From contig CAVPNL010000006.1 in the NCBI GenBank assembly GCA_963706575.1, positions 480,001 to 544,000 on the forward strand: a stretch of DNA of 64,000 nucleotides, given 5' to 3'. The position numbers and the translations under genes were made by a program. Positions within the stretch are counted from its first letter, which is position 1; the number at the start of each line of letters is the position of its first letter. The stretch comes from an uncultured delta proteobacterium. GTDB lineage: Bacteria > Desulfobacterota > Desulfobacteria > Desulfobacterales > JAHEIW01. Positions 42,064-52,398 of the stretch are shown here, in pieces. The notes beneath the pieces are model-generated. The model was not told where the DNA came from. It ran no database searches and saw nothing but the letters and a program-made list of their open reading frames with translations.

Positions 42064-44332
42064 CTATAAAGACAATGATTATGAATGGATAAAAGAGTTG
42101 CTGGATTATCCTCATCAGCTGGAAGAGCGACTTAAATTTTTTGATAGCACCTCTCAAATCGAGATCCCTGAAGATCCGATTGAACGGGTCATCTTCCAGG
42201 ACAAGGCCAAGCGGGCGATTCGGAAAACTGCGCAAAACCGGGGCCACATTCTTATGGTGGGAGGGCCGGGCACCGGTAAATCCATGCTGGCCAATATGTT
42301 TAAAGAAGTTTTGCAAAAATCCCTGGGGGATTATTTGCGACCCGCAGATGCCATCGTTGCCTATCCCGGAAAAGATAGAAACCATGTGCGGATTGCTTAT
42401 GAGACGCCCCAAAAAATCGAACCGTTGCTGGAAAATTTTAACCAAGCGATTGATTTGGCAAGGGAAGCTGTGGATGAATTCAGTCTGGCTGAACAAATTC
42501 AAGCGGCCCGTAAAGTCAAAAGGGGTCTCCTGTGGGCGACGGTGATCGGTATTGCCGCCGGCGTTTTTTATCCGGCCGCCTTTGTTGCCGTCGGGTTGAC
42601 GGGAATGGGCGCCATATTCATGTATATGCAGGAGAACAATCACCGCGCTCAGGAAAAAATTCAAAGAGAGTCAAACACCGATCGTCGCAATGCGGTCAAG
42701 CACTTGTATGATATGGTGCCGGATATTTTATATGATCCCCGAAAAGATAGCGACTTGATGGCCAGAATATCGGAACCGGACGCCAGAAATATGAAGGGCG
42801 GTTTTCGCCATGATCCATACCAATCCGGCAATCTCGAAACCCCCTGCCACAAAAGGGCCTATCTGGGAGCACATGCCAAATCGCCTATCATTTATGTCGA
42901 TGAATTAAAAACCCTGATTAAGGTTGGCTACATGGCGGAATTGCTGGAGATTATGCAAAACAAACAATATATCCTTGAAGGTGGCCGAAATACCGGAAGC
43001 GGTGCCGCCGATCGGTCCGAGAATTATTTAAAAGCCGATAATATTATCGTTGCCTGCTGTAACCATGACACGCTACAGCATCTTCAACAGGAAGGCGAGG
43101 GTGCGTTCCTCAGCCGCATTGAAGATAAAGGCGAAATTATCCGAATGGAAAGTGCCGTACCGGAAACACCTGAAAATATTCGGCAGGTGGCGCAGTATAT
43201 TAAACAGGAGATTTTCAATCTGGGGGAAGAGTTTAAGGATTCCTGGGGTGAGGTAATTGAAAAGGAAGGCTATGAAAGAGTTCGGCAGCGCAGCGAGTAT
43301 ATTTTTGGAAAATCACTTCCAGCTGATTTTAAACTGCAGGAACGCGAGTTTGACAAAAGTGCCGTTCTTGAACTGATTAAAGAGCTGAGGTGCCGTTCTT
43401 CGGACGGTAAGCTCAGCAGTATTTTGCGCCCGATAAATGGTGTCATCAAAGCGGCCGAGTTTGAGGCTATTTTTGAAAATTCGGCGCTGGTTCAAGCGCG
43501 ACATGTTAGACAGGCGCTTAAAGAGCATTTGAGTTTAGAAGGGGGTCTTTCCAAAGAATTCAGTGAACACAAAAAATATTTAAAAAAATATATCGACTCG
43601 ATGACTGATTCCATCGGCTATGTTGTCGGTCTGGCCGTCATCCATTCAAGTTCCAGCGGCCAGATGATGGGTCAACCTCTGCCGATTCATTGTCAGATTA
43701 ATCTGGGAAACGCGGATAAAGTCGTTGCCCCGGGGAAAATCGGTGATATCGCCAAGGCTGCGGCGCAAAATGTCCGGGCTTCAATTAAAAAGGTGTTAAA
43801 CAAGATCGGGGCTCCGTATGTCGGTTATGAAATGTATGTCGAATATATTCAGGCGCACGGTGGGGTTGAAGGCGACAGTGCGTCTGTCGCCATTGATATT
43901 GCGCTGATTTCGGACTTTGTAAAGCAACCGGTCAATCAGCGATACGGTGTTACCGGTTCACTCACCGGTGACATTATTCTGGCGGTTGGTGGGGTAACTG
44001 AAAAAATTCGTTCGATCATGGATCCGATCCTGGGAATGGAAGGCGCATGCATACCCTGGCTCAACAAACGCGATATTGAACCACTGCTGATAAATGCTGA
44101 AAGCGAATATATTCTAAAGGATGATATCCCCGGAATACGGATCTACCGGGCCGCCGGGGAAAAAGAGCCCTTTGATATCTTTTTTTGCAAGACCAAATAC
44201 AATGCGTATCAAATCCTGATGGGATTACGGAAAGAGGCGGTGGAAACCCTCATGGCCCAAAGGAGCCAAAGCGATCTTGAATTCATGAAGAATGCAGGCA
44301 ATTCTTCGGATCAGGCCGAACAGGCGATTTAA
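42053..44332 (+). CDS. Membrane-anchored LonB-type ATP-dependent protease (S16)
   Basis: Walker A GGPGTGKS, two TM helices inserted in the AAA+ domain, Walker B IIYVDE, catalytic EGDSAS and VGGVTEK. Confidence 0.88.
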   Translation: MMSDYKDNDYEWIKELLDYPHQLEERLKFFDSTSQIEIPEDPIERVIFQDKAKRAIRKTAQNRGHILMVGGPGTGKSMLANMFKEVLQKSLGDYLRPADAIVAYPGKDRNHVRIAYETPQKIEPLLENFNQAIDLAREAVDEFSLAEQIQAARKVKRGLLWATVIGIAAGVFYPAAFVAVGLTGMGAIFMYMQENNHRAQEKIQRESNTDRRNAVKHLYDMVPDILYDPRKDSDLMARISEPDARNMKGGFRHDPYQSGNLETPCHKRAYLGAHAKSPIIYVDELKTLIKVGYMAELLEIMQNKQYILEGGRNTGSGAADRSENYLKADNIIVACCNHDTLQHLQQEGEGAFLSRIEDKGEIIRMESAVPETPENIRQVAQYIKQEIFNLGEEFKDSWGEVIEKEGYERVRQRSEYIFGKSLPADFKLQEREFDKSAVLELIKELRCRSSDGKLSSILRPINGVIKAAEFEAIFENSALVQARHVRQALKEHLSLEGGLSKEFSEHKKYLKKYIDSMTDSIGYVVGLAVIHSSSSGQMMGQPLPIHCQINLGNADKVVAPGKIGDIAKAAAQNVRASIKKVLNKIGAPYVGYEMYVEYIQAHGGVEGDSASVAIDIALISDFVKQPVNQRYGVTGSLTGDIILAVGGVTEKIRSIMDPILGMEGACIPWLNKRDIEPLLINAESEYILKDDIPGIRIYRAAGEKEPFDIFFCKTKYNAYQILMGLRKEAVETLMAQRSQSDLEFMKNAGNSSDQAEQAI

Positions 44333-44405
44333 GGCGAATAGGCCCATTTGGGATTTTTCACCAATAGATCGTTTCTAATTTTAAAAAGGGATAATTTAGG
44401 TTCCC

Positions 44406-45476
44406 ATGAGAATTGAATGTCCAAATTGCCGCAGGGTCTGTGCGATTTCAAGCGATCTGATTGTGACCCAAAAGCGGGGATTAAAACTCTCGTGTTCCGT
44501 GTGTAAAGCGGATTTTCATGTTGTATTATCCCTGCCGGCGGAAATAAAACCGGAAGAGGCTCAGAGGACTTCATCCAGAGATTCCTCGACTCGGCGGACC
44601 TCACCGATTGTCGAAACCGAAGAAAATTCCAAGATTATATCATTGAAAAGCAAAATATTGCGCGGTCTGGTGGAATTGCCGCCGATGCCGAATATTATTT
44701 TGAAGGCACGTGAAATTATGGAAGATTCAGGCTCGAGCCTTAAAGACCTTGCCGGTGTCATTGAACACGACCAGGCGATTGTCGCCAGGGTTCTTGCCCT
44801 GGCCAATTCCGCCTATTACGGTTTGAGCGGACTTGTGGCATCAATTCAGCATGCTTCGATATTGTTGGGTCAAAAGACGCTGGGCGAACTGATTACGATT
44901 GCCGCTTCCTCGCAACTTTTAAATAAAAAATTAAAAGGTTACCGGCTAGACCCCGGTGATTTATGGAAGCATTCTCTGGCGGTAGCCCTGGGATCCAGAA
45001 TTATTGCCGAGAAAAGAAACGCCGAATGGGTTGAAGATGCATTTATCGCCGGATTGCTTCACGATGCCGGCAAGATTATACTCAATCCGTATATAGTGGA
45101 GCGCGAAAAAGCGTTTAAAAAGGCCTTAGGAAACGGTCAACCGAAATTTATCGATGCCGAAAAGGAAATTTTGGGTTTTGATCATGCCGAGGTCATGTCG
45201 CGTGCAATCCGGTTTTGGCGTTATCCTGAAAACCAATCGACCGCCATCCGATATCATCATTGCCCGTCGCACTCCGAAAATAGCGAACTGGCCTTCATTG
45301 TCCACCTGGCGGATTTTGCCGCAAAAGAAGCAGGCTTTAAATCAGAAGATGGTGTACCACAGTCTGAAATTGACCCGCAAACATTGAGCTATTTGGGATT
45401 TCAAAAAGAAGACTTAAGCCCTATAATTGCCCAGATCGCCACATCCGTAGAGAAATTAGCCAACGAATTTAAATAA
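44406..45476 (+). CDS. HDOD domain protein with N-terminal zinc ribbon
   Basis: CPNC..CSVC; LPPMP, ANSAYYG, WKHSLA, GLLHDAGK, FDHAE, IRYHH. Confidence 0.9.
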   Translation: MRIECPNCRRVCAISSDLIVTQKRGLKLSCSVCKADFHVVLSLPAEIKPEEAQRTSSRDSSTRRTSPIVETEENSKIISLKSKILRGLVELPPMPNIILKAREIMEDSGSSLKDLAGVIEHDQAIVARVLALANSAYYGLSGLVASIQHASILLGQKTLGELITIAASSQLLNKKLKGYRLDPGDLWKHSLAVALGSRIIAEKRNAEWVEDAFIAGLLHDAGKIILNPYIVEREKAFKKALGNGQPKFIDAEKEILGFDHAEVMSRAIRFWRYPENQSTAIRYHHCPSHSENSELAFIVHLADFAAKEAGFKSEDGVPQSEIDPQTLSYLGFQKEDLSPIIAQIATSVEKLANEFK

Positions 45477-45531
45477 TCCGCCCCGCGTTATTTTAAAACG
45501 AGCTCAATGCTGCATATTTAATCCTTACCTT

Positions 45532-45566
45532 AACCAGGAGCCGGCGACCAGAAGCCAGCCGCCAGA
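45532..45566. repeat. Solo 7-bp tandem arm (RRCCAGN)
   Basis: aaccagg-agccggc-gaccaga-agccagc-cgccaga. Confidence 0.55.
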
Positions 45567-45641
45567 AAAAAAGTCTTGCCCATCGAACCATTTCGCGCCA
45601 ATATATCAGCAACCATATCATTGCTGAACAGGGAAGATCCC

Positions 45642-46803
45642 ATGCCCCAATATGATTTAACTGAATTTTTAAAATTATCTTCGGTGCTTAATTATAACCT
45701 GAGCGCAGCGTCATTAAATCGTTACAATGTCATGATGTATATCATCGGCGGCAAAACCCTGGATCGGGGTGTTAAGAAGGACCGGGAAAAAAAAGGCGTT
45801 TTGATGGATGCGCTGGGTTATCTTTTCAGCGCCTACCAGCAGAAGAGACGACGCCTGGGGCCCATGGCCGTCTTGCACCCGTTGCGGGCAACGGTGCTAT
45901 TTGCACGCAATCAAGAGCGGTTGAACTTGATCGGTCTGCTGAGTGTCCTGTTGCATGATATTATGGAGGATATCAATCCGTATGATTTTGAAATCATTCA
46001 GTGGATCGATATGGAGGGCAGGCTTTATCACCTGCTGGAGCGCATGGGTGATAAAGATGAGTCAAAACTGCTAAGCAATATCGTTGCATTAACGCGAATC
46101 GAAAGGGAATCCTATTACCAATATATTGGTCGACTGCTTGAAAACGCCGGTCATTCCCCGCAACTGGTTCATGTGAAATTAGCCGATCGCCTGGACAACA
46201 CGATGGATATGCGAATTGACCTTGAAGATCCGCTGGCAGGGGTCGATTTTTTTCAAAAGATTTTTCAGTTGCTTTTTGTTAATAATTATCGCGGGTACCA
46301 ACCTGCCAATGAACATGCAGCCGGCTTCAGCCATGAATGGCGCCCGCCGGCTCTACCAGCTTTTTAAAAATACCGTCTTACTGTCCTTGATCCGTCAACA
46401 TAAATCCCAACACAGCGATCGTTCCTTAAACGTTCTTTTTGAAGCCGTCTGTGATGCCAGTTTGCAGGAGGCTCAAAGAACCTTAATGCATTTGATCGGG
46501 TTCCACATTAAGGATACTGCCGATCAGCGCAAACTGCTCCTGGAGGCTATGAAATATTGTTTCAGCGGTCGGATCGATCTGGTCACCAAGCCGGATCGCA
46601 GTCAATTACTGGATGGCCTGTTTTCGACCTATTTTGCGCACAATTCCAAAAAAGTTCTGTACCGGCAGCTCGATATTTTATATCAAAACAAGGAGCTGAT
46701 GATTCAAGCCTCCATCGCCTTTGTGGTGATATTTTTGCACTTCTTAAATGATTCCAAGTATTATGTTCATGGCATCAGTCATGAAGGAATCAAGCCGCGT
46801 TAG
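45642..46803 (+). CDS. HD-domain protein (RelA/SpoT-hydrolase-like motifs), one frameshift
   Basis: HPL, LLHDIMED, VKLADRLDN; continues in ORF 46216-46803 after a shift near 46320. Confidence 0.7.
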
Positions 46804-46850
46804 AGACAAGTCCCTAAGTTCCTTTAATCAATCTGATCCGCTATGGCGGA

Positions 46851-47321
46851 TCAGATTGCCAGATCACTCGGCACCTTTTTGTCAAATTCGGTCAACCGCA
46901 TGGCCATGAGGTGATTGACCATTTCAAATTCTTCGTAAACCAGATTCGGCTGCTCTGGATTTGAAAGCATGGATTCACGGCTGTGGTAGGCTGCACTGTA
47001 TTCGGGGTCGATCTCAAGGGCACGGTCAAAATCTTGAAAGGCACGGGCAAAATCTCCCATTTGTTCATGGGCGATCCCGCGCAGGTGATAGGCCCGGGCA
47101 TATCCGGCATCCAGCGCGATCGCCCGGTCAAAATCGTCTCTGGCGTCGCGTGCCTTTGCCAGTTTTAAACGGGCCGCCCCCCGGCTGACATAAAATAGTG
47201 CCAGGGTGGGATCATACTCAATTGCCCGTGTAAATAAATCAACGCTTTTCTTGAAATCTTTTTTGATATAAGCGGCGACACCTTCGTCAAACATTATTCT
47301 TGCTGCATATTTATTGGCCAC
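46851..47321 (-). CDS. Tetratricopeptide repeat protein
   Basis: Repeated DFDRAI.LD..Y..AY..RG TPR pattern. Confidence 0.85.
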   Translation of the reverse strand: MANKYAARIMFDEGVAAYIKKDFKKSVDLFTRAIEYDPTLALFYVSRGAARLKLAKARDARDDFDRAIALDAGYARAYHLRGIAHEQMGDFARAFQDFDRALEIDPEYSAAYHSRESMLSNPEQPNLVYEEFEMVNHLMAMRLTEFDKKVPSDLAI

Positions 47322-47583
47322 GTTGCTTTTCTCCCATATTGCTGTGAAATCTTTAACTCTGCCGTAAAATGGCAGTACGGGTCGTAAATCGGGGAACCGT
47401 TTGAAATTAAAAACAATATAATGTCTTTCGTCCTAAAAATATAAATAGTCACTTTCAGCGATATGTCAACAGAGGTGAGAGGGTCAGATTCTCATCCCTT
47501 AAAAACGATTTGACAACCTGAATTCACTGGTTCAAATTAGTCCAACCAATTTTTATTGGTAAAATTTTACCCCGATTTAGGTT

Positions 47584-49143
47584 TTGGTTGCCAATATGAC
47601 AGAGGTATTTATCATTAAGTGGATTTTTGCGCTTTCACCGATTGTGACGGTACTTGTTTTAATGATTTTTAAAAACTGGAGCGGCGCTCGTGCGGGAGCC
47701 GCCGGTTGGTTTGTTTCCTTGATCATCGCAACACTTATCTTCGGGGCTCACCCTGAACTCATTGCCCATTCCCAGATGAAAGGCGTGCTGCTTTCCCTTA
47801 ATGTTCTTTATATTATCTGGGCAGCTCTTTTTTTGTATCATGTTGTAAATGAAACAGGTGCCATTCGCGCAATCGGTATCGGCATACAAAGATTCAGCGG
47901 CGACAAATCTATTCAGATTCTTATCTTTGGATGGATATTTTCCTCTTTTCTTCAGGGTGTTGCCGGTTACGGCGTCCCAATTGCCGTTGTTGCGCCCCTT
48001 CTTGCCGCTCTTGGTTTTTCTCCTGTTGTTTCAGTTGCAGTTCCGGCAATTGGACATTCATGGTCGGTCACATTTGGATCAATGGGGGCTTCGTTTCAGG
48101 CTCTCATGGCTGTCTCGGGACTTGAAGCGTCATACCTGGCACCATGGTCGGCCACGCTGCTGGGCATTTCCACTTTTTTGTGCGGCATATTCGCCGTGTA
48201 TGTATATGATGGCTGGAAAATGGTAAAACACAGTCTATTGGCAATTCTGATCATTGGAACTGCCATGGCAGGCACACAATATTTTCTTTCAGTTTCCGGA
48301 ATGTGGACCCTGGGTGGTTTCGGAGCAAGCCTGGCAGGGCTTTTCAGCGGCCTTGCTGTTGCAAAATTAAAATTATACAACCGGACGCCTCCTTCACAAA
48401 CCCGGCCGGAAATGGGGTTGTGGTGGGCATTGACGGCATACTTTATTCTTATCGTAATTGTTTCTTGCGGAGTCATGATACCTTCTGTCAAAGCATTTCT
48501 CGGGCAGGTAAAATTATCTTTTATATTTCCGCAAATAGTATCTTTAAAGGGGTGGGTTGTTCAGGCAGGCAAAGGCAAAGGCATCAATATTTTCGGCCAT
48601 GGTGGTGCGCTGCTTTTTTATTCATCGATTATAAGTTATTTCGTTTACCGCTCGATGGGCTTTTATAAATCCCATGCGATAAAAACAATACTGCAAAAAA
48701 CTGTGACAAACGGTGTACCCACAAGCCTTGGGATTGTTAGCATGGTTTGTTTTGCCATGATAATGGATCACTGCCAGATGATCAACATCATCGCTGAAGG
48801 GATCAGCAGGGTATTCGGTTCTAGTTATCCGTTGGTTGCTCCATGGATCGGACTACTGGGCGCTTTTATGACAGGCAGCAACACAAACTCCAATGTTGTT
48901 TTTGGGGTCCTCCAGCAGGAGACCGCTCGCCTGGCAGGGCTTAGTGCGGCCCTGATACTTGCAGCACAGACAACCGGCGGCGCGCTTGGCAGCATGATTG
49001 CTCCGGCAAAAATACTCGTGGGTTGCTCGACTGTCGGTCTAGCGGGAAAAGAAGGGCCAGTTCTAAAGACAACGCTTCGCTACGGGCTTGTGATTACCGG
49101 TATTATTGGCGTTATTACAGCACTGCTATCTTTTATCATTTAA
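47584..49143 (+). CDS. lctP: L-lactate permease
   Basis: Highly hydrophobic; FLQGVAGYGVP, FMTGSNTNSNVVFG, GGALGSMIAP. Confidence 0.88.
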   Translation: MVANMTEVFIIKWIFALSPIVTVLVLMIFKNWSGARAGAAGWFVSLIIATLIFGAHPELIAHSQMKGVLLSLNVLYIIWAALFLYHVVNETGAIRAIGIGIQRFSGDKSIQILIFGWIFSSFLQGVAGYGVPIAVVAPLLAALGFSPVVSVAVPAIGHSWSVTFGSMGASFQALMAVSGLEASYLAPWSATLLGISTFLCGIFAVYVYDGWKMVKHSLLAILIIGTAMAGTQYFLSVSGMWTLGGFGASLAGLFSGLAVAKLKLYNRTPPSQTRPEMGLWWALTAYFILIVIVSCGVMIPSVKAFLGQVKLSFIFPQIVSLKGWVVQAGKGKGINIFGHGGALLFYSSIISYFVYRSMGFYKSHAIKTILQKTVTNGVPTSLGIVSMVCFAMIMDHCQMINIIAEGISRVFGSSYPLVAPWIGLLGAFMTGSNTNSNVVFGVLQQETARLAGLSAALILAAQTTGGALGSMIAPAKILVGCSTVGLAGKEGPVLKTTLRYGLVITGIIGVITALLSFII

Positions 49144-49158
49144 AGGCAAACACCCGTT

Positions 49159-49332
49159 ATGGATAATTTTTTTAAAAAACACGGCGCAAAACTAAAAATC
49201 ATCGCGTTGATATTCATGCTGGTTATACCTTTTTTACTTTATACGGCTGCAGTGCAGGGCTCAATCTTTCAGGTAAAACTCTTTCTGGCGTTGATGATCG
49301 GCACGATGCTGTACGTCCTGATAAAAGGTTAG
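49159..49332 (+). CDS. Small 2-TM hypothetical protein (57 aa) following lactate permease
   Basis: Manual translation MDNFFKKHGAKLKIIALIFMLVIPFLLYTAAVQGSIFQVKLFLALMIGTMLYVLIKG*; below the ORF-track cutoff. Confidence 0.65.
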   Translation: MDNFFKKHGAKLKIIALIFMLVIPFLLYTAAVQGSIFQVKLFLALMIGTMLYVLIKG

Positions 49333-49333
49333 C

Positions 49334-49420
49334 AGTGGCTTCAAAACCCCAACTTTAGTCACTTTAGTTCACTTTAGGCACTTTTAGACCTTGAACCTGA
49401 TCTGAAATTTTGAAACCACT
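49334..49420. repeat. Solo family B arm enclosed in a 13-bp inverted repeat
   Basis: agtggcttcaaaa ... actttagtc-actttagttc-actttaggc-actttt ... ttttgaaaccact. Confidence 0.75.
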
Positions 49421-49477
49421 TCTAAGGATATTTTTGTGCTGGAAGATCTTCTTGAAAGACAGCAAAATGGGAGAGTC

Positions 49478-50284
49478 TTATTTGAGGTAAATGATTTCTC
49501 CGCATCGGTGCTGGCTGGCGACCGTCAGGCGCGGTTTGCATCGGGTCAGCGCCTCGGAGACTTCAGCGAGCACTTTTCGGGGGGCGTTATTGGTTTGGCT
49601 TAAATGCGCCAGGATGACGTGTTCAAGGCCCTTATGCTGTAATTCCATCAACAACCGTTTTGACTGTTCATTAGAGAGATGCCCGCTGTGGCTCTGGATA
49701 CGACGCTTCAGGTACCACGGGTAGGGCCCGTTTGTCAGCATCTCCGGATCATGATTGGCTTCCAGGATGAGTAAATGGCAGTGTTTTAGATTTTCTTTTA
49801 AATGGGGCGTGACAGTACCCAGGTCGGTTGCCACACCGATACGGCAGCCGTTTTGCCCGATGGTAAAACCTACCGGATCGGCGGCATCATGGGAGACGGC
49901 AAAAGGATGCACCGCCAAATTGTCAATCTGAAAAGTCGAGCCGCTATTGAAGGTTCGGATCGCGTGAACGCTGCCCATAGATACCTTTTTTTCAATGTTG
50001 CGGCTAAGGTATATCGGTAGCTTTAGCTGACGGGAAAGCACGCCGACAGCCTGGACATGGTCACTGTGTTCATGGGTGACCAGAATGGCATTCAGGTCTT
50101 TGGGGTTTAGCCCCCGGGACTTTAGTCGCCGTTTAATCTCCGTGGCAGAAAGGCCGGCATCAATCAGGATGGCGGTTAAGCCGTCTGAAATATAAATGGC
50201 ATTGCCTTTGCTGCCGCTGGCCAGCACGCAGACGGCCAGATTATAATCGGCGCATTGCCGCGGTCGCTCTAATTCAAGTTTCAT
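49478..50284 (-). CDS. MBL-fold metallo-hydrolase (YycJ/WalJ-like)
   Basis: LASGSKGN, THEHSDH, SHDA, EANHD, GHLSN, AHLS. Confidence 0.9.
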   Translation of the reverse strand: MKLELERPRQCADYNLAVCVLASGSKGNAIYISDGLTAILIDAGLSATEIKRRLKSRGLNPKDLNAILVTHEHSDHVQAVGVLSRQLKLPIYLSRNIEKKVSMGSVHAIRTFNSGSTFQIDNLAVHPFAVSHDAADPVGFTIGQNGCRIGVATDLGTVTPHLKENLKHCHLLILEANHDPEMLTNGPYPWYLKRRIQSHSGHLSNEQSKRLLMELQHKGLEHVILAHLSQTNNAPRKVLAEVSEALTRCKPRLTVASQHRCGEIIYLK

Positions 50285-50323
50285 AAAATATATCCCAGTC
50301 TGCCGTTCATTTGGCTGAATGAT

Positions 50324-50437
50324 CGCTTCGCTTGAGGATTCAAGATCTTCCTTGTAGCCTCAAAGACCGCAGGGCTGCTCGTCAAGGCTCGAAGAGCCGC
50401 TCCTAAAGCCCCGCAAATAGCGGGGCGCTCCATAGAC
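50324..50437. repeat. Family C hairpin-unit element downstream of dut
   Basis: Minus strand: ggagc-gccccgc..gcggggc-tttaggagc-ggctc ttc gagcc-ttgacgagca-gccctgcggtc-tttgagg ... cctcaagcgaagcg. Confidence 0.7.
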
Positions 50438-50896
50438 TTATTTCCCCGTATGCCCGAAACCACCGGTGTTGCGTTTGGTTTCGTCAAGCTCCGCAACGAT
50501 ATCCAGTCTGGCCAGATACACCTTTTTAATGACCATTTGAGCAATGCGGTCTGCGCGCCGAAATGTATAAGGCGTTGCGCCCAGATTGATGACTGCGATT
50601 TTTATTTCACCACGATAATCGGCATCAATGGTTCCCGGGGAATTAATCAGTCCAATGCCATGTTTTATCGCCAATCCGCTGCGGGGTCTAATCTGGGCTT
50701 CGAATCCCCGGGGAAGCGCAATGGCAAAACCGGTGGGAATCAGCGTAAGTTCGCCCTTGTTCAGAACCAGGTCTTTATTTATGGCGGCGCATATGTCCAT
50801 TCCTGCCGATTGATCGGTCATGTAGCGGGGCAGCGGGATATCTGAATCCGTATCCGGATGCAGGCGCATAATTTTAATAACGGGGGAAGAATTCAT
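50438..50896 (-). CDS. dut: dUTP diphosphatase
   Basis: [34 protein letters not shown]. Confidence 0.97.
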   Translation of the reverse strand: MNSSPVIKIMRLHPDTDSDIPLPRYMTDQSAGMDICAAINKDLVLNKGELTLIPTGFAIALPRGFEAQIRPRSGLAIKHGIGLINSPGTIDADYRGEIKIAVINLGATPYTFRRADRIAQMVIKKVYLARLDIVAELDETKRNTGGFGHTGK

Positions 50897-50904
50897 TACG
50901 CTGT

Positions 50905-51129
50905 GGTTTTAGGGTTCAGGGTTCAAAGGTTCAGCGTTCAAAGGCTCGGATATTCGGTGCCAGGCAAATATTTGTTGTTTGATTGGTTCGATTGGTTCGA
51001 TTGGTTAAGATACAACCACAACCAATAGAACCAATTCAACCAATGAAACGAATGCAACTAAGTATTAAGCCTGCTATAAACCTGAACCTCTGAACGTTAG
51101 ACCTTTGAACCCTGAACCGCTGAACGCCT
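50905..51129. repeat. Nested inverted tandem-repeat elements (outer GGTTCA/TGAACC, inner family A)
   Basis: Outer left 50905-50950, inner left gattggttc x3 (50976-51006), inner right aaccaat x4 (51020-51060), outer right tgaacc/tgaacg x6 (51079-51129). Confidence 0.9.
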
Positions 51130-51132
51130 GCA

Positions 51133-52398
51133 TCAGGCGTAGAGGATATCTTCGAAAGGCTTCTTGTCTTTAACCGGACCCAGCAGGGTCAAACTCATTT
51201 TGTTGTTTTCGAACAGGCTTTTGGAAAGTTCTAAAATTTCCGCTGCGGTAACCGATTCTACTTTTTTGATGACTTCCGGCAGGCGGATGATGCGGTTAAA
51301 ATGAATCTCATTTTGGGCACTGCGGACCATCTGGTTATCATTGCTTTCAGATGCCAGCAGCAGACTGCCCTTGGTGTATTCGACAGCGCCGCGAAGTTCA
51401 GTTGCAGTCACCGCTTTAGCGCCAAGTTTGTCGATTTCATTCAGAACCAGATCGGTGGCTTCGAGAGCCCGGGCGGGATCAACCGCCAGGTAGATGCCGA
51501 ACATGCCGGTATCCACATGGGATGTAATGAAAGAATATACCGTATAGGCCAATCCTCTTTTTTCCCTGATTTCCTGGAAAAGCCGTGAGCTCATGTTGCC
51601 GCCCAGGATCGTGTTGAGCAGGGAGTATGCATAACGGCGGGGGTCGGTTATCGGCAATCCCGGCGCCCCCAGGCAGATATGAACCTGTTCCAATTCCTTA
51701 TGGTTTAAATCAACAAGCGATCGACTCTGGGGGGTGATGCGTTCAGCAATTCCGTTACCCGGTTTGATGGTCTCGAATGCCGGTCCCACCCGGTCGATAA
51801 TATCGCTATGCTCGACGTTGCCGGCTGCCGAAATTATAATTCGATCGGGTTGATACAGGCGATGGAAATATGTTTTCATCAAATCGGCATCAAACCGGAT
51901 AATATTTTCAGGGCTGCCCAGAATCGAACGCCCCAGCGGGTTGTCGCCCCAGAAGTTTTTCCCCGAAAGCAGGTGGACATATTCATCCGGGCTTTCATCG
52001 ACCATTCTGATTTCCTGCAGGATGACCGGGCGTTCTTTTTCGATTTCTCCGGGATCAAAAACGGAATTTAAGAAAATATCCGAAAGGATTTCGACCATGG
52101 TATCGGTATGGGTGTCCATCACTTTGGCATGATAGCAGGTGTTTTCCATGGACGTAAAAGCATTGGTGTGGCCACCGATAGCGTCGAATTCCTTGGCGAT
52201 TTGAAAGGCGGATCGTTGCCGGGTGCCTTTAAAAATCATATGCTCGATAAAATGAGAAAGCCCGCTTTCAGCCGGGTTTTCATCACGGGCACCGACATTG
52301 ACCCAGAACCCCATGGACACCGAACGGGTATGGGGCATTTTTCGGGTCAAAATCCGGATACCGTTTTTCAAAACGGTTTTATCGATTTGAGCGTCCAT
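51133..52398 (-). CDS. M16 family (pitrilysin-like) peptidase
   Basis: [10 protein letters not shown] (HxxEH), [16 protein letters not shown]. Confidence 0.93.
   Translation of the reverse strand: MDAQIDKTVLKNGIRILTRKMPHTRSVSMGFWVNVGARDENPAESGLSHFIEHMIFKGTRQRSAFQIAKEFDAIGGHTNAFTSMENTCYHAKVMDTHTDTMVEILSDIFLNSVFDPGEIEKERPVILQEIRMVDESPDEYVHLLSGKNFWGDNPLGRSILGSPENIIRFDADLMKTYFHRLYQPDRIIISAAGNVEHSDIIDRVGPAFETIKPGNGIAERITPQSRSLVDLNHKELEQVHICLGAPGLPITDPRRYAYSLLNTILGGNMSSRLFQEIREKRGLAYTVYSFITSHVDTGMFGIYLAVDPARALEATDLVLNEIDKLGAKAVTATELRGAVEYTKGSLLLASESNDNQMVRSAQNEIHFNRIIRLPEVIKKVESVTAAEILELSKSLFENNKMSLTLLGPVKDKKPFEDILYA

Noticed and set aside
50281..50544. 87-aa ORF between dut and the MBL hydrolase
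   Set aside because: Alternate frame of dut running through the family C repeat; no independent coding evidence.
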